Notes: generated by a model from the sequence alone, not told the origin. Numbered from the whole stretch's first letter, positions 11,212 to 24,818 are shown. The stretch: 63,466 nucleotides of DNA, filler included, from Reticulomyxa filosa (GCA_000512085.1; 20 parts of 20 records of this genome joined end to end with filler, not necessarily neighbours in it), one strand, 5' to 3'. Translations and numbers: made by a program.

Positions 11212-13000
11212 CTTACGTTTTCCAGTAAAATGAAATTACATTTTCTGTTTTCTTTTGAGGTATTCAAAACAAAGATGATGCTACCTTTGTCTGATAACAG
11301 ATTCAATAATTAGTAAACGCAAAATTGAAAATTCTTTTTTTTTTCAAAATTAAAAAACATAAAGATGAATTAATGCAACAAAAAAATTTAACTTCAATTT
11401 TGAAATTTTAAAAAATTCTTTGCAATTAATCTATTCCCACATAAAAGTGGTTTCAAAATCAAACTGACTCAAGATAGTCTTTAGTATCAATAAAAAACAA
11501 ATTCATCATATAGAATAATTAAATGTTATTATCTAACTTTCACAATTCAACAAAATCTTTAATTACTACCACGTAGTATTATTAAATTATTTCAGAAATG
11601 AAATGCTTCAAGTGTCAAGGTTATCGTTTAACTCTTCAAAAAAGAACATGTTTTATTCAATGAAAACAAATCAATGATAATTAATTTCATCACACTCAAT
11701 ATATTTCACTTCACTCTCAAACAATCTTCACCTGGAAATACTGTTTTAAAAAATAATTGAACATCTTCTTCATTCAAATACCACACTGTTNNNNNNNNNN
11801 NNNNNNNNNNNNNNNNNNNNNNNNNNNNNNNNNNTTAATTAATTAANNNNNNNNNNNNNNNNNNNNNNNNNNNNNNNNNNNNNNNNNNNNCTTCCTTTCT
11901 CCTCACATCACTCCCCTATTCCCCTCCCCCCCCTTCTCTCTCCTCTTTGCTTTCCCTTTTGCCGCGTATTTCCGTACACTTGTTGTTTTTGCTGGCTAGA
12001 AAGAGTATTCACGGAAAACTATTCAAACTACCTTCACTGAGAGGAACTTTTTTCACTCAGTATACGTATTATTATTTTTTTGGTTTTATGTTTTTAAAGT
12101 TGATCTGGATTAACTTTTCCATTAATATTTTTTTTTTGTAGTTTTTTGGTTTTGTTTTTGTTCTTTTATTGGCGATCACCTACAATCCTATAGAGGGAGA
12201 GTTCTGACGGTTCGCCTTTGTTGCTACTGGTTGGTTACTTTTGTTTTGTTTTTTTTGTATCTTTGTTGGTTTGACTTTCCTTTTTTTTTGGTCTCTTTTT
12301 TTTGTTTTATTTTGTTTTTATTTTGTTTTTGTTTTTTTCTTTGTTTTGTGAGCAAACAGATATTTTCTCCTTTGACGGATGATGTGTTTATGCGTTTTTG
12401 TTTTTTATTAAATCGAGAAGATAATAATTTTTTTTTTTTTTTTTGTGCTCGTTGCATGGCTCCGTGCTACGATAAATAATATAAAACATGTGCACAATTA
12501 AAAACCAGGGATCTTTATTTTCAACCATTCTGCCAAGAAGTTTGTGTTTGGAATTCTTTTTCTTTATGTTTTGTTAATTTGTTTTGTTTGGCATACATTC
12601 AAGATGAGTAAAATTCATTTGAATATCTCTTGAGTAATTTTCACTGCTACTAATCAAACTGTAGTCTTGCAAAAAATGTTACATATTCACCGCTTATGTT
12701 TTCACAAACTCTTGTTGCTATGTCCCTTAAATAAGAGCCCAAAGCATGGAAAAGATACAAAATTTTTAAAATACAAAAGAAAATTAATAATGTGAGAACA
12801 CGTTTTGTGAAAAGGTTTTCTCTTTCAATGATTTGCAGAATGGGTCTTAAAATAAGATTAATCATAATCATAGTTGTACTTTTTTGTTTGTGACAAACAA
12901 AAAACTTGTACAAATTAGTTGGGATAAAAAAAAAGGCAGAGACGAGAGAGGGGGAGGAGATATTATGACATAATGCGATACGGCTTGGTGTATGTGAAAT

Positions 13001-15001
13001 TTAAAGAGTATCCCAAGGAATTTGTCTTTGTTCGGGGGTTATCATTCCCAATTTACAGGCAATTTCTTCCCCAACCGCCCACGAATAAATGCCAATGGTG
13101 ATGCCACCCAGAAAACCATAATCAAATCCAGCAAAGTACAAATTGTTATATTTAGTACTTCGAGAACGCCCGTTGGTGACTGGCCAACGATAATTTCTTT
13201 GATGAGGTGCAGTACTCTGCACGCTTTTTTTTAAGTTTTCAAGAGTGCCTGGAGGATACTTAATCTCAACACTGCTCAATTCATTCCAAAGTGACTCTCC
13301 AAACACTAAGTACATAAAAAAAAAAAAAAAGAATGAGAATACACATATTTTTTTTTTTAAAAAAAAGTGGGAGACAAATTGAGAATAAATACACAAACAT
13401 GTTGTTAACTCTCTTCCAATCCATGCCTGTATCCCGTGCCCAAAATGATACAATCGAATTCCTGTTTATTGCCATCCTCAAAGATGATACCATTTTCATA
13501 GAAATCTTTGATATTTCTATTTTCCACGTGAATTACCCCTTCTTTGATCAAAGGAACAGCGCCTCGATCAACGATAGGTAGTTTGTTGTGATAATATTGT
13601 TCCGCAGAAGGAGACAGTTTGGGTGTGCAAATGTGATACTTATCCAATTGCTATTTTAATAAAAATGAAAATTTACAAAAACAAAATGCAAAAGTAAATG
13701 TATACATACATATATGTATACGTATATGCGTATATGATGCAATATATAAACATAAAACAAAACTACGCCAAGATAATGTTTAAAAATGAAATCGGATTGA
13801 AGCATGAGATGATGAAAGCGTTTGTCTTGGGATGAAAGTGCATTGTCTTGTAGGAGCCCTCGCTGTGAAAAGGGCGACAATGCGCCGCCCAAGCGATCCA
13901 GCAAGTGTTCATATCGATACTTTTTTTCGAATTGAACAATGTGTCTTCCACTGCCTTTTCGAACAAGCATTGTCACGTTGCAATGATAGTCCTTACACCG
14001 ACCCAGCTCATTGGCGATCTCAAAGCACGAGTTCCCACATCCGACAATTAACACCTCTTTTGCCGGCTTGCTACCACTGTTGTTGCTGTTAGTAACGCCG
14101 TTCCCGGTATCTTCCACAAACGAAGATTGGGGGTTCTTGTACTCATAACTATGTATTATCTTCCCATTTTTATACTTTGTCATTTTTTGTCTCCATTCTT
14201 CTGGGATGTAAGGAACCTATCCAAAGTAAACTCCAACCGTTTATTTGTTTGTTTATTTTGTGCGTCTATCACAAAGGGTTTTACATATGTGTACATATGC
14301 ACATATATTTATAAACACATCAAATATAAAAATAAACTCGATTGATCGACGATGCAATGACAACATAGTCGGCTTCAATGAGATCCCCCTTTTCGGTTTG
14401 AATAAGCCAAGGGTGGACATGTTCACTTTCCCCTTTTTTTTCTGTGTTGTCGACTCGCCGAATTTGCGTTACCTTGGAATTTAGTCGCACCTTGTCTAGT
14501 ACATTGTGATGCTTTGCATAGTTGTACAGATATTCCACGACCTCATTCCTTGTCAGATAGTCATCTGCATTCGGGGAAACCATTTCATTCACTGAGTTCC
14601 ATAGTCGGTGTCTGTAAGAGTTCATTCGAAGTGAGTCGTATAGTGTCCCCCAAAAATATCCAATTCTGTCACCTTTTTCTAGCACTGATATTATTTTTAA
14701 CAACAGAAACAAAACAAAACAAAAAATAGGTCAATTAACACAAAAGTATGCGACACAAAACAAAACAAAAAAAAGATGTGACAAAGATTGAAACTCGACC
14801 TATGAAATCTTTTACATGGTTATGGGCTAATGATCCTGCCACTCCCATTCCTGCCCAACCTCCTCCAATCACTACACATGGATAGTATTGTTTGGAAGGA
14901 ATGGAATTAGATGTTGGAGATGGAGAAGCAAAAGCCAACGGTGAGAAAAATGCACTTGCAAGACAGAAAAAGGCATAATTGCGTCGATTAGGAATCCTCA
15001 T
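13001..15001 (-). CDS. Flavin-containing monooxygenase (class B, YUCCA/bacterial-type), multi-exon
   Basis: FAD site VVIGGGWAG; VLEKGDRIGYFWGTLYDSLRMN; FMO fingerprint-like GKIIHSYEYKNP; NADPH site VLIVGCGNS; PIVDRGAVPLIKEG; FDCIILGTGY; NLYFAGF. First in-frame ATG at 15001. Confidence 0.88.
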
Positions 15002-17245
15002 TTCCACAGGGATAGGACCCCTTTCTTTTTTCTGTTTTTCTGAAGAAAACTGTTCATATTCTCTTTTTTCTTTCGCTGAAATGAAACGGTTTCTTTCTTT
15101 ATTTTTTTCATCTCATCATAACGTGATATATTATCGAAATGTAAAAAACAAAACAGTGTGAACAGTACGGCTTGTGCTGTTCGATGTACAGCACACATAT
15201 ACTTAGTGATATCTGACTTTCAGACTTGATGAAAAACAAATCTAAATTATGCAAGACAGTAACCATTATAATATACACTCTTGACTAGAAATTACAAGTG
15301 CAGTATGTTACTTTTCGAAAGAAGAAAACGAACGAAACGCGATATTTTGCGAAAAATCTTTTCAAAATACTCAAACTCTTGTAGAGCAAGTGCCTACTAC
15401 AGATGACTGAACTCTGAGGATTGAGGAGCCCTAGTGGGTTAAACTTCTCTACCAACTCTCTTCACTCTTTGTTTGTTTTCTTTCTTTTCTTGTGTCATTC
15501 CTCTTTTATTTATTTAATTTACTTTTGTTTTGCCAAATGCTGCTCTCTTTTTAGTAAACCTTTTCGTATTACATTTAGTGCAGTCTCTTATCAGCAGACG
15601 TCCCACATTTGTTTAACTAGTTCTTTTAACATTTTTTTCTTAATTCATTTACTGCTATCTCAATGACTAAATTCGACACTATTTGTAGCTTATATTGATA
15701 CTTGTATGGCCATGAGCAGATTCAGTTGTAGAACATAATCATTCAAAAAAAGACACAAGCAATTCGAAGAATTGTTTACAAAACGTGACTTTGTTTTTAA
15801 TTTTGTTTAAAAAAAAGAAACAAAACAAAAATTGTAAAGAAATTGCGTTTGCCAATTCCATATTAACATGCTTTTTTAGGAACGTTTATAATATGCAATA
15901 TAAAAATTGCTGTTAATATCGAGAAGATTGCGAAATTTATATCCAAAAGATAAGCAATAAAATATTCGCAATTGAAAATAAAGTAAGAATTATAAACATA
16001 TAAGAAGTGATGAAAAGACATTGTATTATAGAATGCCTCAAGTATGGAAGAACATAGTTTAATTTTCGAAGTAAATTTAGTAATAAGTGGCCATCCTTTG
16101 TAACCAACCACAGAATTTTAGTGGTTTGTAAAAAAAGACCCCAAATTATTCGTTTTATTTTTTTTCCAAAACAAAACAAACAACACATAGATATTGAAAT
16201 GGGTTAGCATTATCGCTATAAGAGGAACAACAAAAAAAAACAACAAAAAACACACATCAAAAAAAGACAAATTAAAACCGAAGGAAGTTTAATCTGTACA
16301 AGCAAAAACATATACGCATCGCAAAGTGGCTCCTTTGTTCAATTACAAAAAGAAAACCTAAGACAGATATAAAAAAAAAAAACTTCAATAAACATTGAAT
16401 TGGACACCAAACAATGTTCTACTCCTACCAGCAAACAAACAGATTGTTTGAAAATAAGTGAGTAAGAGGGACANNNNNNNNNNNNNNNNNNNNNNNNNNN
16501 NNNNNNNNNNNNNNNNNTTAATTAATTAANNNNNNNNNNNNNNNNNNNNNNNNNNNNNNNNNNNNNNNNNNNNAAAATAATGATCGTTGTGAAACATCTT
16601 GATATTGATTTTCATTAGCGAACTGCACTTTAATATTGCAAAAGTGCAATCTGTCACAAATCGACGCATACAACTGCTCGTTGATGATGATCATTGAATT
16701 CATTGGAATTGACCGGTTCTGATTTGCACGCAAAGCAATATACGTTTTGTAAAATGCAAAGTAGTACTTGGCCCGCATTTTCATCGCAAGTGAGTTTTCT
16801 CTTCTGGTAATTGGCGTGTGTATCTGTGTTCAGTGCTTGAAACTGTCTATGTTTGTTGATATAGCGCTGACGTTCTTTGCTGATGGTCGATCGTTTTTGC
16901 TGCTGTCATTTTTGTCCAATGCGTCTCCGCTGCTCAACTGTTGCAGGATCGATTGACCATAGCTGTCTTTCAGCGACAAAGCTTGGGAGTGCGTGGCGTT
17001 ATGCTGTCGATCGTGGGTTCCGTGTTTCTTCTCAAATCTTCCAACAATATGTTTATCTTTTCTTGTTCATACATCATTTTCTATGATCTTTTTCATTTTC
17101 TTTTAGCAATTAGGTCCAATTTCCTCTAATTTACCTCCAAAAAAAAAGAAAAATACTCCATTTGCATCCAGCAGCAATTTTTCCAACTTTTCTCCCCACC
17201 CCACCAAGGCATTTGTTCAATCAACAAAGTTTATAACATGCAGTT

Positions 17246-17527
17246 CTAATCCCCTACATGCACCGATGCTATATAACATATAGTGGATATATGTATTACA
17301 CTTTTTAATAAACCATCTACCTTCAAATCTCTGTGACATATTTTATGCATATGAGTAAATTGAACACCGTTTATCAGTTGCTGGAATACATTATTGCCAC
17401 GTATATTTGTCTTACTATTTTGTTCTGTTTTGTTGTTTTTTGTAAAAAAAAACAACACGTTTTGATTAAATAGAATTGAACACACATAGTTGTGTTTGTA
17501 CTTATTTTGCTGAACAATTCTCCACAT
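17246..17527 (-). pseudogene. Ser/Thr protein kinase fragment (CAMK-like), probably degenerate
   Basis: FQQLINGVQFTHMHKICHRDLK is the subdomain VIa/VIb HRDLK motif; flanking subdomains cannot be recovered intact. Confidence 0.55.
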
Positions 17528-17691
17528 TCGACCAATTTCAACACAATATATAACTTTGTTTGCTCCTTCTTTTACTCTTTCAATATATGAANNNNNNNNN
17601 NNNNNNNNNNNNNNNNNNNNNNNNNNNNNNNNNNNTTAATTAATTAANNNNNNNNNNNNNNNNNNNNNNNNNNNNNNNNNNNNNNNNNNNN

Positions 17692-18030
17692 GGGGGGGGG
17701 AAAACAATGGAAAAAAAGTAACAAGTTGGGAAAAAAAAATGGATTAATAAAAAAAGAGAGTAATAAATTAGAAAAAAAAGGGGGAAATGAATAAGAATAG
17801 AAAAAAAGTATAATAAAAAAGAATAATGAAAAGAAAAAAGGAAAAAGAAAAAAGAAATTGAAAAAGAAAATTTGAAAAAGAAAATAGAAAAAAAAATAGA
17901 AAAAGAAAAAAGAAAGTAGAAAATAGGAAAAAAAAATAGAAATGGAAAAAAGAATTTTATAAAGGAAAATAATAATAAAAGAAAAATAATAATAAGATTA
18001 TAATTGAAATTTTATTTTTAAAATTTTTTT
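17692..18030 (+). repeat. Low-complexity purine-rich tract (GAAAAA-like units)
   Basis: Nearly C-free A/G-rich run at the contig start. A comparable T/C-rich tract lies at about 54361-54590. Confidence 0.8.
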
Positions 18031-19674
18031 TAATATTGGAAAGAATGATTGGTATCCCGTTTGAGGATAACAACAGTTAAGTAAATACTTTTTTATTTGT
18101 GTTTGTTCAATAAAACATATTTCTAACATTATAGATATTTACATTAGACTGATGATCGGACGACAACAGCTGGAATATGTCAATATAGATGAATGCACAT
18201 TTATTCGTCAGTTGAAGGTGGATTCTATGGAAATATATGCAATTCGAGCTGATATTCAAAATATCAATAATGCGCTTCCGCGGCCTCTAGGACTATATTC
18301 TCAATTATATTTATCTTGAAAATAACGTCGACTCAAAAAAGGACACAATACCAGTGACAATAGTGGCACATTAATACAATCTGTATATTCGCTGTCGAAT
18401 AAATGTGGCATTTTAACAATAACCTGCGCCTTCAAGTCATTTAGGATATCTTCAAATTGACAATTAACGTTATCGAGATGCCATAACAAAACAATTCAAG
18501 TTGGATTATGCATATTCAGATCTCTCAATTGAAAGAAGAAAAGATCAACAAGTTGAAGTGAATTATAAACAAGTAGTTCCTTCCTCTTTTTTAATTGTCA
18601 CCAATTGATGTGCTATTTCTGTACATATAGACTTCAAGCAAAATATGTTGTCCAAGTGAATCATTGGCTATTATTAATAACTTCAGAACAGATTTGGCGA
18701 CTATGTCTTGGCGAACATGAACATTCAATGTCTTGTCCTGGTAGCAAGTGATATTGATATTGTTATAGGCCACATAAACCCCTCAAATAATCTCTCTTCA
18801 AATTGTCCTTTCACGAACAATACTCAAATATGTCCAATCGACTTATCATTACGGTTTTCAATTATCGATACCATTCGTCAAGCAAATATCTCATTTTTCG
18901 GGAAAAGGTTTAAACGCAAGTGCATTTTGAAATATCCAAAATATAAATTGATCAATATCACATTTAGCAATCTGAGGCCGGCTCCACAAATTACAATTGC
19001 ATGCGAGAAGCAGTCCACGATTATATCTCCTGCTTTAAAGTGTAGCCAGTATCGTGAGTAGTCATCGAGAAGGACAAAGATAGTATGTTCTATTTGAAGG
19101 TATATATTGTTTTTATTGCATTTTAGTTTGTTGTAATATGTTACTCAAAACAATGCGAGAATGAACCTTTTCATTGCACAGTAATTTACTTTAGATTTAG
19201 AATGAAAAAAAAAAAGAAAGAAGAAGCCAAGAAGAACAGAAGAACGATAACAATAAAAACAAGAACAAAAAGAAAAAGAAAAAGAGTACCTTAAGGAAAG
19301 AAGAAAAAAAGCAAAAAGATCGACTAATAGTATTAGTGATATATGGATCATTTCAAGGAATATAACAAGTGGTGATAAGTCATTCAAGAAGTGCAAATTA
19401 TCGAGAGAGAGAAAGGAGATAATGTTAGTGAAGAGAACCAACACAACAAATCCATAAAGGTGTTGATAATTGTTTCATCAAAACAATAAGTGTTTATTGA
19501 TGAATTTATGGAAATGAAATATAAATTGTAATGAAATGCCNNNNNNNNNNNNNNNNNNNNNNNNNNNNNNNNNNNNNNNNNNNNTTAATTAATTAANNNN
19601 NNNNNNNNNNNNNNNNNNNNNNNNNNNNNNNNNNNNNNNNAAAATCAATACAACAAGAAATTTATGAAAAATAT

Positions 19675-20415
19675 TTGGAAAAGACAAAATTGAAAAATCA
19701 AGTGGATGAAGCAATTTCAAATTATACAAAATGCATAGAACAATATAATAATATTTGTTCCATTGAAAGAGATATATTAATCCAAAAACAGCAAAAGAAA
19801 CAAAAATTAATGACAATCAATAAAATTTATGCCTTTGATAAAAAAGTGTTGAAAGGATTTAACGAATTCAATAATAAATTACAAAAATTGATTGAAGAGA
19901 ATCAAAATTGGATTGAAAAAGAATGGGGTGAGTTAGAGAAGATATGGAGTAAATGGAATTCACAAGAAATTGCAATTTTCATTGTACATACTGCGGAATG
20001 TAAAAAATCAAAAATAAATCAATACAATGAAATCATTAAAGAAAAAAAAATTGATAGAATTTCTTTATCAAAAATGTCAAAAAACGATTTGATGGATATA
20101 TTTCGTTTCGAGACATCTTTGCAAGCTTGTGCCATTTACGATTCATTCAATGAAATTTGCAAGAAATATCCAATCAATGTGATTGACTCTGATAAAGGTG
20201 TTGCAAAACAAGCTATTCCAAAAGAGTATTTATGTCCATTATCCAATTCAATTATGAATGATCCTGTAATTGCTTTGAATGGAATAACATACGATCGATC
20301 ATCAATTCAAAACATTCCAAATTATTCTTCTTTAATGACAGATGGAAATTTAGAACTTTATCCTGATCATGCTTTGCGACAAAATATTCAAAATTTTTTG
20401 AAAAACTCAAAATGA
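19675..20415 (+). CDS. Coiled-coil + SAM-like + U-box domain protein (5'-partial or 5'-disrupted)
   Basis: U-box IPKEYLCPLSNSIMNDPVIALNGITYDRSSI...LYPDHALRQNIQNF is preceded by SAM-like WNSQEIAIFI...IIKEKKIDRISLSKMSKNDLMDIF. Confidence 0.85.
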   Translation: MEKTKLKNQVDEAISNYTKCIEQYNNICSIERDILIQKQQKKQKLMTINKIYAFDKKVLKGFNEFNNKLQKLIEENQNWIEKEWGELEKIWSKWNSQEIAIFIVHTAECKKSKINQYNEIIKEKKIDRISLSKMSKNDLMDIFRFETSLQACAIYDSFNEICKKYPINVIDSDKGVAKQAIPKEYLCPLSNSIMNDPVIALNGITYDRSSIQNIPNYSSLMTDGNLELYPDHALRQNIQNFLKNSK

Positions 20416-20499
20416 TGTTTATCATTTATGTGTATGTGCAATTTTTACTTTTTTAAAAAGATTTGCAAAAGTCTTTTTAAGTACTGTCTTAGATTGAAT

Positions 20500-20960
20500 A
20501 AGTAGATACAATCATTTTTTCATTGATACAAATGTGAACGGAATAGATTTTATAGTTGATAAGAATGAACAATAATTAAAACTCATTGAGTAATTTCCTT
20601 TCTTATTTTCAATATTGTTATACAATACTCCAGCCATAAATAGGATCATAAAATATAATATTCGCTTGATTCTATAAATAATTAATCAAATGAGGAAAAT
20701 ATACAGGACTCATTAGATGCAATGAATATTCTTGTAAAAATACAAATGAATTAATTTGATACCATTGATAAACATCATTTCTTCATTTATCCAATGATGG
20801 TTATGATAATGATTTATTTTGTTTTATCAAATAATAAAACAAACGCAAATACAAAGGTGTATGATTTAATAGTTGTTCTTGAAATTGTTATTGATTCAAA
20901 AGGACCAATCAATCATACTTTTTATTTAGTACCTCATAACATCAAATTGCCTTTTAGTCT
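20500..20960 (-). pseudogene. Degenerate coding relic of unknown family
   Basis: One minus-strand frame reads protein-like through scattered stops (FQEQLLNHTPLYLRLFYYL...IFYDPIMAGVLYNNIENKKGNYSMSFNYCSFLSTIKSIPFTF); no domain recognised. Confidence 0.3.
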
Positions 20961-22399
20961 TTTACATTATTCTCAGAACGACAAAAGAGGTTGATTTACG
21001 TTTAATGCTGTTACATGAGAAAGAATATCCAATCAAATGTTAAACATTTATTTGTTCTTTACACAAAAATTGCTTTGAACGTTTTTTATAACTCTTCCGA
21101 GTCTTTTTAAAAAATATTCAAATTGCAATATGTAAACAAAGTTAGTTTATTTTAAACATCAACTGATTCTTTTCAAATTTTGTAGTGCTTCATATGATCT
21201 CTTACACTCAAAAAAAAAACTTTAATAAAAAAAAATTGATAATGCCACATATAGTATATAATGATTTAATAGTATTACAACATTTGTGGCAAAAAAAAGT
21301 ATTGTTAAAATTAATGGCATGCCGATTATATGATGAACTCGAACACAAAAGAGTTTTTACTTGCATAATTATAGAAAAATATTAATTATCGGTTAGTCTT
21401 TAATTAATACATGGATATTCACATAAATAACAGATAACTGATGAATTAGATAAAATCCATCCACACTTTGGTTTCAGTGTAAATGTTAATAATTTACTGT
21501 GATGTTGCTGGATTGGTTAATTTGTTCAATTTTTTAAATCAAAATTTATTTTTCATATGAATAATCAATCCTTTTTTCCAATTAATTTTTTGTTTTGGAT
21601 ATTTTTCAAGAAAAGAATAATGTTTTATATTACAAATGGCTGATTTTATCTGCAACTTAAAGTATGAACTCAAAGTTTTTTGTCTATTAAGCAAGTTTAA
21701 TTATGCTATAATCCAGATAAGTACTTCCACGTGAATAAAAAGCTAAATCTGATGAACAATACACACTTTCACAATGATCCTGAAAGTTAAATTGTTTCAA
21801 CTATAAAAATCATTCAATGAATATTTTATTTAAGAATAGTTGTTTTCCGAATATAATTTCACATTATTGGAAGAAGAACTGTGTATAATATGTATTAATT
21901 CTCTTCATTTTTATTGAGAAAAAAGAATAATAAATTTGAAAATTATCTGGTTTTATTTTTTTACGGAGGGGACAGTCTTCTTCTCCCTTTTTTTTTTTTT
22001 TTTTTTTTTNNNNNNNNNNNNNNNNNNNNNNNNNNNNNNNNNNNNNNNNNNNNTTAATTAATTAANNNNNNNNNNNNNNNNNNNNNNNNNNNNNNNNNNN
22101 NNNNNNNNNTTTGCTTAAGTGCGGAAGCAATTTTCTTAATTATTATTTTGTAAGGCGCAATTGTCTTCTAGCATTTTTTATAAATAAACACTTACAATCG
22201 TTTATTCTATTTTCTTTTTCAGACAACAAAATCAGAAATGATTATTTTCATTTTCATAATTTCTACTTTGTTCAATGTTTGAAATGAAATAATGTTTCTG
22301 TTTTTTGCAGAAGTTGTTGCATATCTCGCTTTCAACAAAAATTTGTTTGTACTAAATTAAAATCTTTAACTTTTTTACTTTAAACATATTCTGAACAAA

Positions 22400-22920
22400 A
22401 AGTAAACATTACCTTGAAAAACATTAACACAAGACAGTGGTTTTTGTTGTAACGAAAAAGAAAGTGCAATAACTGTTTTTAATAGTTGCTTTGTCTGATT
22501 AATGCCAGATAAAAAAATAAAAAAAATTGAACTAAACCTATTCGTTCGCTCCCTTTAACAAGTTATAATTTTGCTGTATTTATTTTTTCACTTTTTCATC
22601 GTCAATTAATATGCTTCAAAAGCTACTTTGCGTTTTCTCAACATTTTTTTTTAGTTCGCCGAAAATTTTTTGATAACGATTGGAAATGGTAAATTTGAAA
22701 GAAGTATGAAGATAATTAGTATGAGTTTGAAGAAATAAATAACGTAAAATTACAACTTGTGAAAGGGGTATGAACAAATATGTTTAGTTCAATTTTTTTT
22801 TTTTTTTCATCTGGCATTAATCAGATAAAGTAGCTAGTAAAACGGCTATTACTATTTCTTTTTCATTAAAACAAAAACCACTGTCTTATATTTACCTCTT
22901 TAAAGCTTAATGTCTTCTTT
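22400..22920. repeat. Degenerate ~520-bp foldback / MITE-like inverted repeat
   Basis: aagacagtggtttttgtt...tctgattaatgccagat...aattgaactaaac (from 22431) is mirrored by gtttagttcaatt...atctggcattaatcaga...aacaaaaaccactgtctt (to 22887). Similarity extends inward and outward with mismatches. Confidence 0.85.
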
Positions 22921-23360
22921 AACGTATGAAATGTGCAAACGTTTGATTGGTTTTATGTTTCATGTGTTATTGAAAAAAGTAATTTTATTTTTGTTTTTAC
23001 ATAAGCTGGTGAAAAAAAATGTTTAAGATAAATACTTGCATTTTTCAGTCACAAAGGAAAGTAATGCATCCAATGAATAAAAGATTGCAATAACAAGTTT
23101 TTCGAAAATACAAAAATGAACTGATGCAATGCACACACAAAAGAAAGCAAACACTTTTTTTTTGCTTTGAACGAATTTGCCAAAAAATGAAGAAAAAAAA
23201 GTAACACACAATCATCAGTTCGACACACATAAACGCACACACAAGAATTTTTTCCTCTTTGTACCCCTTTTTTTTTTTTATGTGAAGCAACAAGAATTTT
23301 CTTGATCATTCAAAGTAAGGCCAAGAGCAAAGGGAAAGAGGAAAAAAAGAAAAATACTGA

Positions 23361-24585
23361 TCACCCACGAAATGTACAAAAACGCCACAACTCGGTGTCT
23401 TGTCTTTCGCGATATTCCTTTTCCATTTCAAGCAAGTGTTCTTCAGTGACGACACCAACGAGTTTGGACCGATGGGTGACATAGACATTGGCCAACCTCA
23501 AAACATGAAACAGGGTATAAATTCTGGCGACGGTTATTCCGGAAGTGACTTGGAAGGGCGTGAAATTGAGTTGTTCCAAAAAGGCCCCTTCCAACAATGA
23601 TCCGACTTTGGGTGTAATGGGCGAAGCATCTCCGAATCTATCATTCGGACTTGCAGGCATTTCATCAATGCTCATTTTCGGATTATCGGTATCGCGTCTG
23701 ATCGCAATATCCACATTTGTCGCATGGAACGGAGTCAACATCGAGTCTCCGGAAGGCGCGGTCAAATCCAACTGCCGCGAGGCGCGACGTCGTCTTGGCA
23801 TAGGCATTGCACGACCCTCGTGCATCCCCGATGGGATTTGCTTTTGAAACACTTGCGGAGCTATCGCTTCCAGATATTGCATTAACACGTGTCGAGAGAT
23901 TTCTCCGATCAGTACTTGTTCTTCATTCGAGTGTACCACTGGAAACCTTTTTTTTTTTTTAAAAAAAAAAAAACGAATGTTTTCTTCGTCAGCAAAAAAA
24001 AAAAAAAAAAAAAAATGTTAACCATTCGAGAGAGTACTCGACCAAGATTTTGGCAAGTTCGACAGGCTCCGGTTTGATAGTAACGAATGGAGTCTTTTGC
24101 ATAATGTCAGCAGCGGTACGTATTTGGAAGACGAGATTTTCTTCTTCTTCTTCTTCTTCTTTTTGTTCTTCTACTTTTTCTTCTTTTTTTTCTTCGTGTA
24201 CTCCGTTTTGATTGTTTTCTGTTTGTGGGAGAGTGGTGTGATTGGCGGCAGCAACGGCATTCAGGTCTGCTCTGTTCAGTACAGACATAGGTTGAGGCGC
24301 GGAGACGGACACTAGTTTGTACATTTCACTGGGCAGGACCGGGAGCATCGGGATCCCGCGCAGTCGCATTGCGCTGTCGAAAAAGGACTCGCCTAAGGCG
24401 CCGACGACTCCACAAGACACTAGCACCGATAACAACATCGGAGGCAGCAGCGTCGTCTCTTTCGTTATTTCCATCATTATCACCGCCGACGATATCGTCT
24501 TCGTTATGCTCGCCATCATTGCCGCTGTTCCAATCACCGCATACACCCGAGGGTCCGGGTTCACTGATGGCGTAAAGCGAAACAA
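23361..24585 (-). CDS. CLC-family chloride channel/transporter, C-terminal part with CBS domains (5'-partial); intron about 23940-24020
   Basis: YAVIGTAAMMASITKTISSAVIMMEIT...MLLSVLVSCGVVGALGESFFDSAMRLRGIPML; CBS2-like TPFQVTSGITVARIYTLFHVLRLANVYVTHRSKLVGVVT. Confidence 0.92.
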
Positions 24586-24635
24586 CTGTAATCCATCAAT
24601 ATTTTGGTATTAATTGCAAATCAAAAAGTAATAAT

Positions 24636-24673
<38 letters not shown>

Positions 24674-24818
24674 NNNNNNNNNNNNNNNNNNNNNNNNNNN
24701 NNNNNNNNNNNNNNNNNTTAATTAATTAANNNNNNNNNNNNNNNNNNNNNNNNNNNNNNNNNNNNNNNNNNNNTTTTTTTTTTTTTTTTTTGTGTCAAAT
24801 TAAAAAAAAAACTTGTAG

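Noticed and set aside
12224-12479. Lys-rich and Phe-rich ORFs (also 19145-19444 and 54151-54546)
   Set aside because: They are translations of poly-A/poly-T low-complexity tracts.
18030-19100. Possible decayed coding sequence
   Set aside because: Mixed-composition DNA with stops in all frames and no identifiable motif.
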